Assembly (NCBI GenBank): GCA_002709385.1
Contig: PAQS01000040.1
Coordinates: forward strand, 155,066-219,065
Length of the DNA stretch: 64,000 nt
Reading direction: 5' to 3'
DNA from: Waddliaceae bacterium
GTDB taxonomy: Bacteria; Chlamydiota; Chlamydiia; Chlamydiales; GCA-2709385
The position numbers and the translations under genes were made by a program. The notes beneath the pieces are model-generated. The model was not told where the DNA came from and searched no databases. It worked only from the letters and a program-made list of their open reading frames with translations. Below, one piece after another: positions 8,729 through 18,200 of the stretch (position 1 is the first letter of the stretch; each line of letters starts with the position of its first letter).

Positions 8729-10123
8729 CTACTCTGATAAAAGTCGTGGAGACCAGTCTGGAAAGCGTTTTTCTCCTTTTCCAGAACTCAATTGAACCGC
8801 TTTGGGTTGATTTAAATTTACCATAAATAACTCAGAGCCAGATTCAGTATTGTGATCAAAAACGATGTGTAAACTGTTAGGAGCCCAAGAAGGATTCTCT
8901 TTATTTCCTGGTCCTGATGTAATCTGCATTTCTCGCTTCGTATCATTATCATAAACCCAAATTTGGCGGGTTCCGTTTGTCTTAGCAGAATAGGCAATTT
9001 TTTTTCCGTCTGGAGACCAAGATGGTGCGGTGTTTTCGCGATTTAACTTCGAAATAAGTGTCGTATGAATTTTTCCTAAGTGAGCACGGCCTTCAGGAAC
9101 TTCCATTATATAAATACGAGGAGAACCACTCTTATTAGAAACAAAAGCAATTTGATCTCCATTAGGAGAAAATGTAGGGCTCGCTTGGGTTCCACGTACA
9201 GTAGCGTAAATTTGACGTGGCTTGCCGATAGGACCTGCTTCTGGAGTAAAATCTTGAAGAAACAAATCTGGATTCCCAGTAGCATCAGAGATAAAGGCAA
9301 CTTTATCACGAGCATTTGAAGCAATTGGCATTAATTGATTACCACGCAAAGTAGTAAAACGTTGAGAATCTTTTCCTTTAAGGGAACCAATGTATATCTT
9401 AGGCTGGCCAGTTCGATACGATACGTAAAAATAGTGACTAGGTACTTTACCTAGACCAGCATTAAGGTATTTAGGTGTTACACAGTAAGCATTCTCTTGG
9501 CTTACTTGGCGCGCATTCGCACCGTCCCAATCACATTCCCATACTTCAGATAACCAGTTATTATCAGTAGGACCAGGAACGCGAATTGTATAAAGGATAC
9601 GAGTACTTGCAATACCAGGATAAGACAGGATTTGCTGGTGAATAAAATCAGAAAGTTGATGAATCAACTTGCGATCACGATTTAAATCACCACTTAAGAT
9701 GATAGGATTTGAAAATGTAGCTTTTTGACTGGAAAGATGAATGACTTTGGATTGCAAAACATTCTTTCTCGCTTGAAGCCTGATGATGTAATAAGCATCA
9801 GATTTTTGTAATTCACCAACGCTCTCAGAGCCTTCGAAACTTCCTTTAGATAAAATTTTTTCAATATTAACATCACGAGGAAGAGATTCTAATAAGCCAC
9901 TATGAGCTAAATCAAACTCTAGAATAGATTCTAAATCTTTCAAGTGAGAGTGCGAAAATTTCCACTGATCTTCTATAGCTTCTGAAATATAGATAGAAAG
10001 AAGCTTTTTATCAGTAGGTAAGTGCACAACAATATCACCACTTTCTACAGAATAAAGAGGAAAAGATGAAATACAAGCTATGAAGATGGATAGCAATCCT
10101 ATAATGAGTTTCGATACTCTCAT
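8729..10123 (-). CDS. tolB: Tol-Pal system beta-propeller protein TolB
   Basis: 464 aa with a signal peptide. Propeller-blade motifs repeat (FSPNGDQIAF, WSPDGKKIAY, WAPNSLHIVF, FPDWSP). Confidence 0.85.
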   Translation of the reverse strand: MRVSKLIIGLLSIFIACISSFPLYSVESGDIVVHLPTDKKLLSIYISEAIEDQWKFSHSHLKDLESILEFDLAHSGLLESLPRDVNIEKILSKGSFEGSESVGELQKSDAYYIIRLQARKNVLQSKVIHLSSQKATFSNPIILSGDLNRDRKLIHQLSDFIHQQILSYPGIASTRILYTIRVPGPTDNNWLSEVWECDWDGANARQVSQENAYCVTPKYLNAGLGKVPSHYFYVSYRTGQPKIYIGSLKGKDSQRFTTLRGNQLMPIASNARDKVAFISDATGNPDLFLQDFTPEAGPIGKPRQIYATVRGTQASPTFSPNGDQIAFVSNKSGSPRIYIMEVPEGRAHLGKIHTTLISKLNRENTAPSWSPDGKKIAYSAKTNGTRQIWVYDNDTKREMQITSGPGNKENPSWAPNSLHIVFDHNTESGSELFMVNLNQPKAVQLSSGKGEKRFPDWSPRLLSE

Positions 10124-10135
10124 TGTTTGCCCCTC

Positions 10136-10897
10136 TTAAATATCATTACTTAATACAAGTTGAAATTGATGCCGATTTTTACCACGAAATGCTGGTCCAA
10201 ACTCAGGATAGATTAAGGAAGGTACTGTGTCCAGAACGTATTGCTTATTTCGCTCACTTTCTGAAGATTTAAGCTGAAGATCAAGAACACGCCCCTGACG
10301 ATCTAAAGTGAGAAGAATACGGGTTTCACCAAAGTCAGGTAATCGAAGGAAAAGTTTAAGATGTTGTATGAGAACTGATTCATAACGATCTTCTAAACTA
10401 GTTTCTTGCACAGAATCACCAGAAACAAAACTAGAAGAAATGACAGCAGGTAAGTTTACAGCTTCTCTAGATGATCTCGATGAATGAGCCGGCTGTATGT
10501 CACTTATCTGACGGCGAGTCGCTTCAAGAATTTGAGAAAGCTTTTTTTCTGATTCTTCAGGATAAAATCTATCTTTTTCTACAGAAGAGACAACTTTAGG
10601 TTTAGGTTTAGGTTTAGGTTTAGGTGGAGTTGGAGTTGGAGTTGGAGTTGGAGTTGGAGTTGGAGTTGGAGGTATTGAAGAAATTGTTTTTTGCTCTGAT
10701 GGATTCGTTACAGTAATTTCTTTTGCAGGAGTTTCATATACCATCACTGTTTGAGTTTGAATTGGCTTTCTTTGTTTTGAAGTTTCGACAGCATTTGGAC
10801 TAAAAGCAAGCAAAAAAATAAAGATAAGGTGGGCAAGAAGTGTACTTCTCCAAGCTCGATATGTACTAGGTTTGTACCTATTATTTGTTTTGCCCAT
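10136..10897 (-). CDS. TolA/TonB-like energy-transducer protein with a Pro-rich spacer
   Basis: It has an N-terminal membrane anchor (LLAHLIFIFLLAF), then the spacer PPTPTPTPTPTPTPTPPKPKPKPKPK, then a C-terminal TonB/TolA-like domain. It sits between tolR and tolB. Confidence 0.6.
   Translation of the reverse strand: MGKTNNRYKPSTYRAWRSTLLAHLIFIFLLAFSPNAVETSKQRKPIQTQTVMVYETPAKEITVTNPSEQKTISSIPPTPTPTPTPTPTPTPPKPKPKPKPKVVSSVEKDRFYPEESEKKLSQILEATRRQISDIQPAHSSRSSREAVNLPAVISSSFVSGDSVQETSLEDRYESVLIQHLKLFLRLPDFGETRILLTLDRQGRVLDLQLKSSESERNKQYVLDTVPSLIYPEFGPAFRGKNRHQFQLVLSNDI
10595..10672. repeat. coding hexanucleotide tandem repeats: (tttagg)x5 then (tggagt)x7 plus 1 variant
   Basis: Counted directly from the sequence. 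On the minus strand they encode the (TP)n(KP)n spacer of the TolA-like protein. Confidence 0.9.
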
Positions 10898-10905
10898 ATC
10901 ATTCT

Positions 10906-11340
10906 CTACTTAGGATCTAAAACGATATCTACTGTCTCATATCCCGATTCTTCTAAAGCATTTAATACAAGCTTATAGGCTCCAAAATAAGCATGTTTAT
11001 CAGGGAAAAACTGAGGTGTGATATGTGGATAACGTTCTTTTGATAAAAAAAGTAATTTATGAAGTTGGCCTAAAGAAACTTCTTTCCGATTAAACAAAAT
11101 AGAGTTGTTTTCATCTAGGTGAATACTGACAGCGGACCCTTTTCGAAGAGCAGCTTGTTCTTCAGATTCCGCTTTACTTGCTTGAGCTAACTGTATTTTC
11201 TCTAACTCTAGCATTGGAGCAATAATCATAAACATAATGAGAACAACAAAAACGACATCAATCAAGGGAGTAAGGTTTACATCTCCTTCGAATGTGAAGC
11301 GTTCTTGGTTTCTATATAGTTTTCGTACTCGTCTAGACAT
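10906..11340 (-). CDS. tolR: TolR/ExbD family protein
   Basis: 144 aa with a single TM segment, NLTPLIDVVFVVLIMFMIIAP. It overlaps the tolQ stop by 8 nt. Confidence 0.8.
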   Translation of the reverse strand: MSRRVRKLYRNQERFTFEGDVNLTPLIDVVFVVLIMFMIIAPMLELEKIQLAQASKAESEEQAALRKGSAVSIHLDENNSILFNRKEVSLGQLHKLLFLSKERYPHITPQFFPDKHAYFGAYKLVLNALEESGYETVDIVLDPK

Positions 11341-12064
11341 CGGCTTTACGGTATTGTAGTTCCACAGTGCTAAGTAACTCTTGAGAAAAATTTTCCATAT
11401 TCATCTCAATAGATGAAATGCGGCACTTCAAATAATTATGAGCGATGAGAGCTGGAATAGCCACAATAAGACCTAAAACTGTTGTAGCAAGTGCCATAGC
11501 TAAACCACCTAAAACGAGTTCATTGCCATGTCCACCAGCCCGACTCTGTAACTCAGAAAAAGTCATTAAAATTCCCCAAACAGTACCCAAAAGTCCTAAA
11601 AAAGGAGCTAAACTTACTACAGTAGGTAAAACAAAAAGATGCTGATGAATGATTTGAGAAAGCTGTCCCAGTGTAGTCATAAGATTTTGATCTAACATAT
11701 GAATATCAGCAATTGTCAAAATAGCTGTTTTATCTTGATTAGAAGAGCGGTTTTTACTTAATAGGGCAAGGGCCTGTTTTTTTACTGACTCATAGAGAAC
11801 AAGGCTAGGGTTCGGGTACTCTGTTTCAGAGTACGATGGTTCATAATTGAGAGAGAAAATGTTTTCTTGTTTCTCAAAGAACTTCTGAGAAAAATCACGC
11901 GACATTTCTTCCATTGAACGCGTCATCCAGTATTTTTGTAATAATACAACCCATGTAATCAGAGAAAGAGCAAATAGTGAAATGAAAATACCTTTTCCAA
12001 ATATATCTGCTTCTCTAAATGCTAAAAAAAATGGGTTGCTTCCAAGAAAAAATGAAGATATCAT
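11333..12064 (-). CDS. tolQ: TolQ/ExbB/MotA proton-channel protein
   Basis: 243 aa. Motifs are LAPFLGLLGTVWGILMTF and GGLAMALATTVLGLIVAIPALIAHNYL. Confidence 0.85.
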   Translation of the reverse strand: MISSFFLGSNPFFLAFREADIFGKGIFISLFALSLITWVVLLQKYWMTRSMEEMSRDFSQKFFEKQENIFSLNYEPSYSETEYPNPSLVLYESVKKQALALLSKNRSSNQDKTAILTIADIHMLDQNLMTTLGQLSQIIHQHLFVLPTVVSLAPFLGLLGTVWGILMTFSELQSRAGGHGNELVLGGLAMALATTVLGLIVAIPALIAHNYLKCRISSIEMNMENFSQELLSTVELQYRKADV

Positions 12065-12125
12065 GAGTTACACCTAACATACTACTCTGAAGCCACGGCT
12101 TACAATTCTTACCAGAGGCGTCGCT

Positions 12126-14435
12126 ATGTATTTTTCTCTCTCTCAGCTTAGATGGACTGGCTATTTTCGTACACTAGTTCTCGTAACTTTCTTGCCTGTT
12201 TTTTTATGCGCTTCAGATGATGCCTGTTGTGAAGAGATAGAGCCTATAAGAGTTCAACTGGTAACAGAAAATCAGTGGGTACAGTCTGGTAAATCTTGGT
12301 GGATTGGTCTTCGTTTTAAAATGGCTGAAGGCTGGCATACTTATTGGGAAAATCCAGGAGAAAGTGGGTATCCAGTAACTGTAGAATGGGACCTTCCTGA
12401 AGAGGTCGAAATTAGTGAATTACACTGGCCTTATCCGGAACAATTTTCTTTTGGCGATGTTATCGGCTATGGTTATGAAGATGAAGTTTTACTTCTTGCA
12501 GAAGTATATACAAAGAATCAGTCTGAATTAAAAGGTGATGTTCTATCTATTAGAGCTACTATTGATTGGTTAGCTTGTAAAGAAACTTGTGTGCCTGGTG
12601 GAGATGAGCTTGAACTAAGCTTACCTATAAGAAAATTAGCTCCAGAAATAGATGAACGCTGGGCAGCTGAATTTAAAAAAGCTAGAGAAGCTCTACCAGA
12701 AACTTTATGGGATATAGAAATTCAAAGAAAAAAAGAAAGTTTAGTTCTTAGTGTTCTTCCTTCTGCTACAGAGGGTGACTTAGATATACATTCACTACGA
12801 TTTTTTCCTAAAGATTTCTCTTCTGTAGCAGGGCAAGCACGTTATCACTGGACACAAGACGATGCAGGCCTTCATATTGAATTAGGAAAAACGAATCTTA
12901 GTCAAATAGAAAATGGTGTACTAGAAGGGGTTTTAGTTCTCACTTACAATGAACACGACATAGTAAAAAAGAGAGCTTGGACTCTTAAGCATCCTATTCA
13001 AGCTTTTGATAAGGAAAAACAGCCATCTATTGTTGAAATGAAACAAGAGAGTGCTGCGAAAGATGTCACAGAAGTAGCTGTAAAAGAAGAAAAAAAACTT
13101 ACAAAAGAAACAGTTTCTTCTGATGAGAAGGAAATTCCTCAAGAAAAAATAGTAGCGAAATCATCTGTTAAAACAGCTCCACCAGAGCTTGTAACAAGAG
13201 AAGCAGAAGTAGACTCTTTAATGGTTGCTCTTGTCATGGCTTTCTTTGGTGGAATGATTCTAAATCTTATGCCCTGTGTTTTGCCAGTGATTTCATTCAA
13301 AATTTTATCTTTTGTGAAAATGGCTGGACAAGATCGTAAAGTGATCATGCGTCATGGATTAGCTTTCACCCTTGGGGTAATTCTTTCGTTTTGGGTTCTA
13401 GCAGGCCTTTTGATTGCACTGCAAACAGTAGGAGCAGGTGTTGGTTGGGGATTTCAGCTACAAGAACCAGTATTTGTTGGCATACTCGCTTGTATCTTAT
13501 TTCTTCTTGCTTTAAGTCTTTTTGGAGTTTTTGAATTAGGAACAAGCTTAAGTAGTGCAGCTGCACAAGCACAGCAAGGACAAGAAGGGCTCACCAGTTC
13601 TTTTTTAAGTGGGGTACTAGCAACCCTTGTCTCTACTCCATGTACAGGCCCTTTGCTAGGGCCAGCAATCGGGTTTGCTGTTGGACTTCCAAGTCTTGCC
13701 ATTCTGACTATTTTCACTATGATGGCTCTAGGACTAGCTTTCCCTTATTTGCTCCTATCATTTTTCCCTGTTCTTCTCAAGTTCATGCCAAAACCTGGAG
13801 CATGGATGGAAACATTTAAGCAATTGATGGGCTTTTTCATGGCTGCAACTGTTGTATGGCTTGTATGGGTTTACCAAGCACAAACAGATAGCATGGCTTC
13901 TCTATATCTCATGAGTGGACTACTTACAATAGGCTTTGGAGCATGGGTATATGGACGTTGGGGAACATTGATACAGCCGAAGACAAAACGTTATCCTGCT
14001 TATTGCGTGACTTTATTTGTATGCAGCTTAGGAGTATACTTGGCTGTTGCTGAAGCAAAAAGTGATTCTGATTCTAGTACAGAATTAGTCGAAATTGCGT
14101 TTTCAGAGTCTGAACTTGCACGTCTACAAGCAAAAGGTACACCTGTATTTGTCGATTTTACAGCAAAATGGTGCTTAATCTGCCAGGCAAACAAAGTTTC
14201 AATTTATGCAGACTCTGTACAAGAAATGTTTAAAGAAAAAGGTGTAGTGCTCATGGTGGCAGATTGGACCAAAAATGATCCACTCATCACCGAAGCTCTA
14301 AGAAAATTTGGTCGTAATGGAGTTCCTCTTTACCTTCTTTATGGGAAAACTCCAGGAAAAGCACCGGAAATTTTACCACAAACTTTAACACCACAATTAA
14401 TTATAAATTATTTAGAGGAAATGGACATTGACTGA
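12126..14435 (+). CDS. dsbD: DsbD-family thiol:disulfide reductase (N-terminal DsbD-alpha-like domain, CcdA-like membrane core, C-terminal thioredoxin)
   Basis: The N-terminal domain contains WLACKETCVPG. The membrane core carries the conserved Cys motifs NLMPCVLPV and STPCTGPLLGP. The C-terminal thioredoxin motif is FTAKWCLICQ. A K/E-rich linker separates the N-terminal domain from the core. Confidence 0.8.
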   Translation: MYFSLSQLRWTGYFRTLVLVTFLPVFLCASDDACCEEIEPIRVQLVTENQWVQSGKSWWIGLRFKMAEGWHTYWENPGESGYPVTVEWDLPEEVEISELHWPYPEQFSFGDVIGYGYEDEVLLLAEVYTKNQSELKGDVLSIRATIDWLACKETCVPGGDELELSLPIRKLAPEIDERWAAEFKKAREALPETLWDIEIQRKKESLVLSVLPSATEGDLDIHSLRFFPKDFSSVAGQARYHWTQDDAGLHIELGKTNLSQIENGVLEGVLVLTYNEHDIVKKRAWTLKHPIQAFDKEKQPSIVEMKQESAAKDVTEVAVKEEKKLTKETVSSDEKEIPQEKIVAKSSVKTAPPELVTREAEVDSLMVALVMAFFGGMILNLMPCVLPVISFKILSFVKMAGQDRKVIMRHGLAFTLGVILSFWVLAGLLIALQTVGAGVGWGFQLQEPVFVGILACILFLLALSLFGVFELGTSLSSAAAQAQQGQEGLTSSFLSGVLATLVSTPCTGPLLGPAIGFAVGLPSLAILTIFTMMALGLAFPYLLLSFFPVLLKFMPKPGAWMETFKQLMGFFMAATVVWLVWVYQAQTDSMASLYLMSGLLTIGFGAWVYGRWGTLIQPKTKRYPAYCVTLFVCSLGVYLAVAEAKSDSDSSTELVEIAFSESELARLQAKGTPVFVDFTAKWCLICQANKVSIYADSVQEMFKEKGVVLMVADWTKNDPLITEALRKFGRNGVPLYLLYGKTPGKAPEILPQTLTPQLIINYLEEMDID

Positions 14436-15216
14436 ATCACTGCAATTGATCGATTCACATGCACACATTACAAGTGATTCTATCTATCCTCATGTAGATG
14501 GAGTTCTAGAAAGAGCTAAACAAGCCGGTATCGATTTTGTCATTAACATATGTACAGATCAGGTAACACTTGAAAGAGGTCTAGAACTCCATAAACGTTA
14601 TCCTTGGGTGTATAATGTTGCGGCTACAACTCCTCATGATGTGGAAAAAGAAGGAGAAGAACTTTTTCCTTTAATGGCAGAGGTTGCTAGAAATCAGAAG
14701 ATTGTAGCAGTAGGTGAGACAGGCCTAGATTATTATTACTCACATTCAGAGCGTTCTGTTCAACAAGACTTCCTTAGACGTTATTTAAAATTGGCTGTAG
14801 AGTGCGGATTGCCAGTTGTTATTCATTGTCGTGAAGCATTTACCGATTTTTTTAGCATCTTAGACGAAGAGTATATGGACAAAGGACGTCATAGACCAGG
14901 CGTTCTTCACTGCTTTACAGGAACAACTGAAGAAGCTGAACAGGTGATCGATAGGGGATGGTACCTCTCTCTTAGTGGAATTGTAACATTCAAACGAAGT
15001 GAAGAATTAAGAGAAGTTGCTAAATTAGTACCTGTAGAACAACTTTTAGTAGAAACAGATAGCCCTTATTTAGCTCCACAAGGTTGGAGAGGCAAGCAAA
15101 ATGAACCTGCTTATATGGTCGAGACAGTAAAACTAATTGCATCAGTCAAAAATATGGATCCTCAAGACTTAGGCCGTATTTGTGCAGAAAATACAAAAAA
15201 ACTCTTCAAGATATAG
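14428..15216 (+). CDS. tatD: TatD/YcfH-family metal-dependent hydrolase
   Basis: Motifs are IDSHAHI, GETGLDYYY, VVIHCREA, VLHCFTG and ETDSPYLAP. The start overlaps the dsbD TGA stop. Confidence 0.85.
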   Translation: MTESLQLIDSHAHITSDSIYPHVDGVLERAKQAGIDFVINICTDQVTLERGLELHKRYPWVYNVAATTPHDVEKEGEELFPLMAEVARNQKIVAVGETGLDYYYSHSERSVQQDFLRRYLKLAVECGLPVVIHCREAFTDFFSILDEEYMDKGRHRPGVLHCFTGTTEEAEQVIDRGWYLSLSGIVTFKRSEELREVAKLVPVEQLLVETDSPYLAPQGWRGKQNEPAYMVETVKLIASVKNMDPQDLGRICAENTKKLFKI

Positions 15217-15280
15217 TCTTCTTCTGGCCTAAATCCTGCAAATAGTCTCCTAGTACAACAGTATTCAGGGGACTCCTTTC

Positions 15281-18200
15281 ATGAAGGAAAATATTTCAAA
15301 GTCATTTACGTTATTCTATTTAGCCTTTTTCACCATTCTCATATCAATAAGCCCCGGGGTAATTTTTTCTAGTGAAAATATGCCGCAAGCGGCAGCTTCT
15401 TCTAAGCAAAATATGATAGGAATCGTAATTTCTATTAAAGGAAAAGCAGTCTTAACTAGAGCCGATGGAACAAAGCATCGACTTCGCTTGAAATCACCGA
15501 TTTATGTTGGTGATAAAATTGAAACTGGAATGGGAGCTTTTGTTCAGGTGGATTTCCGAGATCGATCAAAAGTTAGTCTCGCTGGAAGCAGTGATTTTAC
15601 TGTAGAAAAATATAGTTATGTGGAAGGAAAAGAAGCACATAGTGAGATTTCTATCAAAAATGGTGCTCTTGGTTTTATGGCAGGAGAAATGGCTAAAATC
15701 GCTCCTGAAAATTACAAAGTAAAAACTGCTGTTGCGACAATTGGTATTAGAGGCTCTTCTGGTGAAGTACATACAAGCGATGGCTCTTTACCTGGAGTTC
15801 CGTTAGGTCTACAAATTCTTAAAACTGCTGGTAAAGGATTATTAGCAGAAATGAGTAATATGCCTTCTTCTCCAGTAATCGAAATCAATCAATCTGGTAG
15901 TGGGTTAGTTGTTAATCCAGATATGGAAGTAAAAACAGTCTCTCGTATGCCTTCTCTCATGCAAAATTATACAAAAAAAGAAGAGGGAAAAGTCGCGCAA
16001 GGAAGGATGAAAGCATATAAAGAAAAGAAAAAAACAGAATCAGAAAATAAAAAAGAAGCAGCATCTAGCGATCTAGAAGAGCAAAATGAAGATTCCACAG
16101 TAGAAGATGTCAGTGATTCTGAAAGTATCCAAGAAGAATCTGTAGATGTAGAAAATGATGATGTATCTGAAGTAGAAGATACAGATAGTTTTGAAATGTT
16201 ATTTACTGAAGAAGACACAGATACGGAAGAATCTGGAAGCACTGGAGGTTTAGGTGGAATGAATATGGAAGGTATAGACCTTCCAGAGGAAGAAGTTTCT
16301 GAAGATCCTGTGAATATTGAAGAAGTGGCAACTGAACAGGAAACTACAGTGATTAGTGAAGATGTAGGAGCAACTGTAGGTTCAGTAAATGACTCTGTAA
16401 ACGCTACTCAACAGCAAGAAGCAGATCAAGAGCTTATTGAAGAATATGAAGAAACCATCGAAGAAGAAAATAATCAGAATAATGTTGATCTCAATGGCAA
16501 AAGATTAAGTTTAAAAATCAATGCAGACCAAGGCAGAATTTCCAATGAAAGTATTACAGTAACATTTGATGAAACATTATTGCAGCTTCTTACACAATCA
16601 ACAGAAGGAGATTCATATACTCTAGATCTTGTTGGAATAGATAGCCAAAGTGATTACGCTTTGATCTATTCTGCAACAGAAAATGGAGAAAATATAGAAG
16701 AAGAGACACGGGCTCTATATGACAATCTTGGTGAATTTTATCTCGTAAATCACTTTTTTTCCGATGAAGGAAATGACATAGATGAAATGCATATCGATTT
16801 TTTTGGAAAAAGAAGCGAAGGACCTTTACCAGATTCAGGTATTTGGTTTTATAGTTCAGAAATTTTTTTTGATAATGAAAATTCTACGGGACAAAGTACT
16901 AGCAGCGCAGGAGACCCACTTCATGAAGAAGATAACTTTGGGATAATTGGAACCTTACATTTATCTAATGGTTCAATAAAAAATCCAGGGTTCAATACTT
17001 TAGCTTTAGTTGATTATGAGCATAAAAAAGTAGCCGGTATGGCAGCTTCATTCGAAATACATAATCAGCGATATGATGATGCTTTCATGAAATCTTACAA
17101 CGAAAGTACAAGTACTTTAGAAATTCCTATGAATGCTTGGTATGGGAATTTAGAAGATGATGCTTCATTTGCGGGTTTAAAATTTTATAGAAATTTAGGG
17201 TATATGCCAAGCCATGTTCAGATTCCTGAAGACATACAGGCAAATCACGAGCCTATATTTGAATGGCAAAATGAATTAGCAAGTAATTGGGAAGGAACAG
17301 GGAGCCTTTATGGAACAAATCAACAAGGCTTAGGATTGTCTGCAAATGATACATCTGGAGCTAGTGACCAATTCATTGCGGCAGCTTTTTTAAATCCAGA
17401 AGAAGATGAAATAGAGATAGAAGATGGGCTTTATAAAGGTTTTGGACGTGGATTAAAAATTCGTGATCAGATGCAAGCCTTTGCTCAAGAAACATCAATG
17501 TCTAATTTATCATTAAATGCATCATATTCTACAAATACTCTTACAGGATCTTTTCAAGTAGGTGAAGAAGAAAAAAGTGTAGAAATTACTGATACAAATT
17601 TTGCAGTTGATTCAGAGATTTTATTTGGAGAACTTGAAACAGGGAATATAGATGGTTTACCTCTCATGGAACAGTCTAGTTTCCTCATGTCCATGTCTCT
17701 TCCAGAATTATTTTTTGACGAACATGAAGAATATCCTGATTTAGCTTGGGGGGTATGGAATCTTGTTGAAGATGGAGTAGAGAATATTATTTATCCAGGA
17801 CAACAAAATTTTTGGGTTGCCGGTGTTGAAACAGAAATCAATACTCTCGAAACTACTTTAAAGGACAGGCTAGATGCGTCAGCTTCACTTTTGCATTATG
17901 AAGGAGTCGCTATACGTACTTTAGTTGATCCAACATTTTCTATTTCTACAGGATATCCTTGGCTTGAACAGCCTTTATGGCAGATGGGAGATCATGAAGA
18001 CTTTGAAGAAACGATTCCAGAACAGCCCATGGTTCGTACAGACCTTGGACGTAGTTCTTATACATTTGATCTAGATAATCAGAGCTTTTGGGGACTAAAC
18101 TATTTTAATGATGGAAATATTGTTGTCGTTTCTGGACAAAAGAAAGGCTCTATAAATGATAGCAGTTTTCAAGCAAGCACAAGTATATTTTCACTAAATG

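Noticed and set aside
10595-10672. Tandem repeats considered as a possible CRISPR-like or regulatory array
   Set aside because: The repeat unit is only 6 nt, there are no spacers, and the array lies in frame within the TolA-like coding sequence. It is a coding microsatellite. No CRISPR array was seen anywhere in the window.
12064-12126. The minus-to-plus gene-orientation switch between tolQ and dsbD, considered as a replication-origin signature
   Set aside because: The intergenic gap is only ~60 bp and has no DnaA boxes. It is simply a divergent promoter region, and from memory it is conserved in chlamydial synteny.
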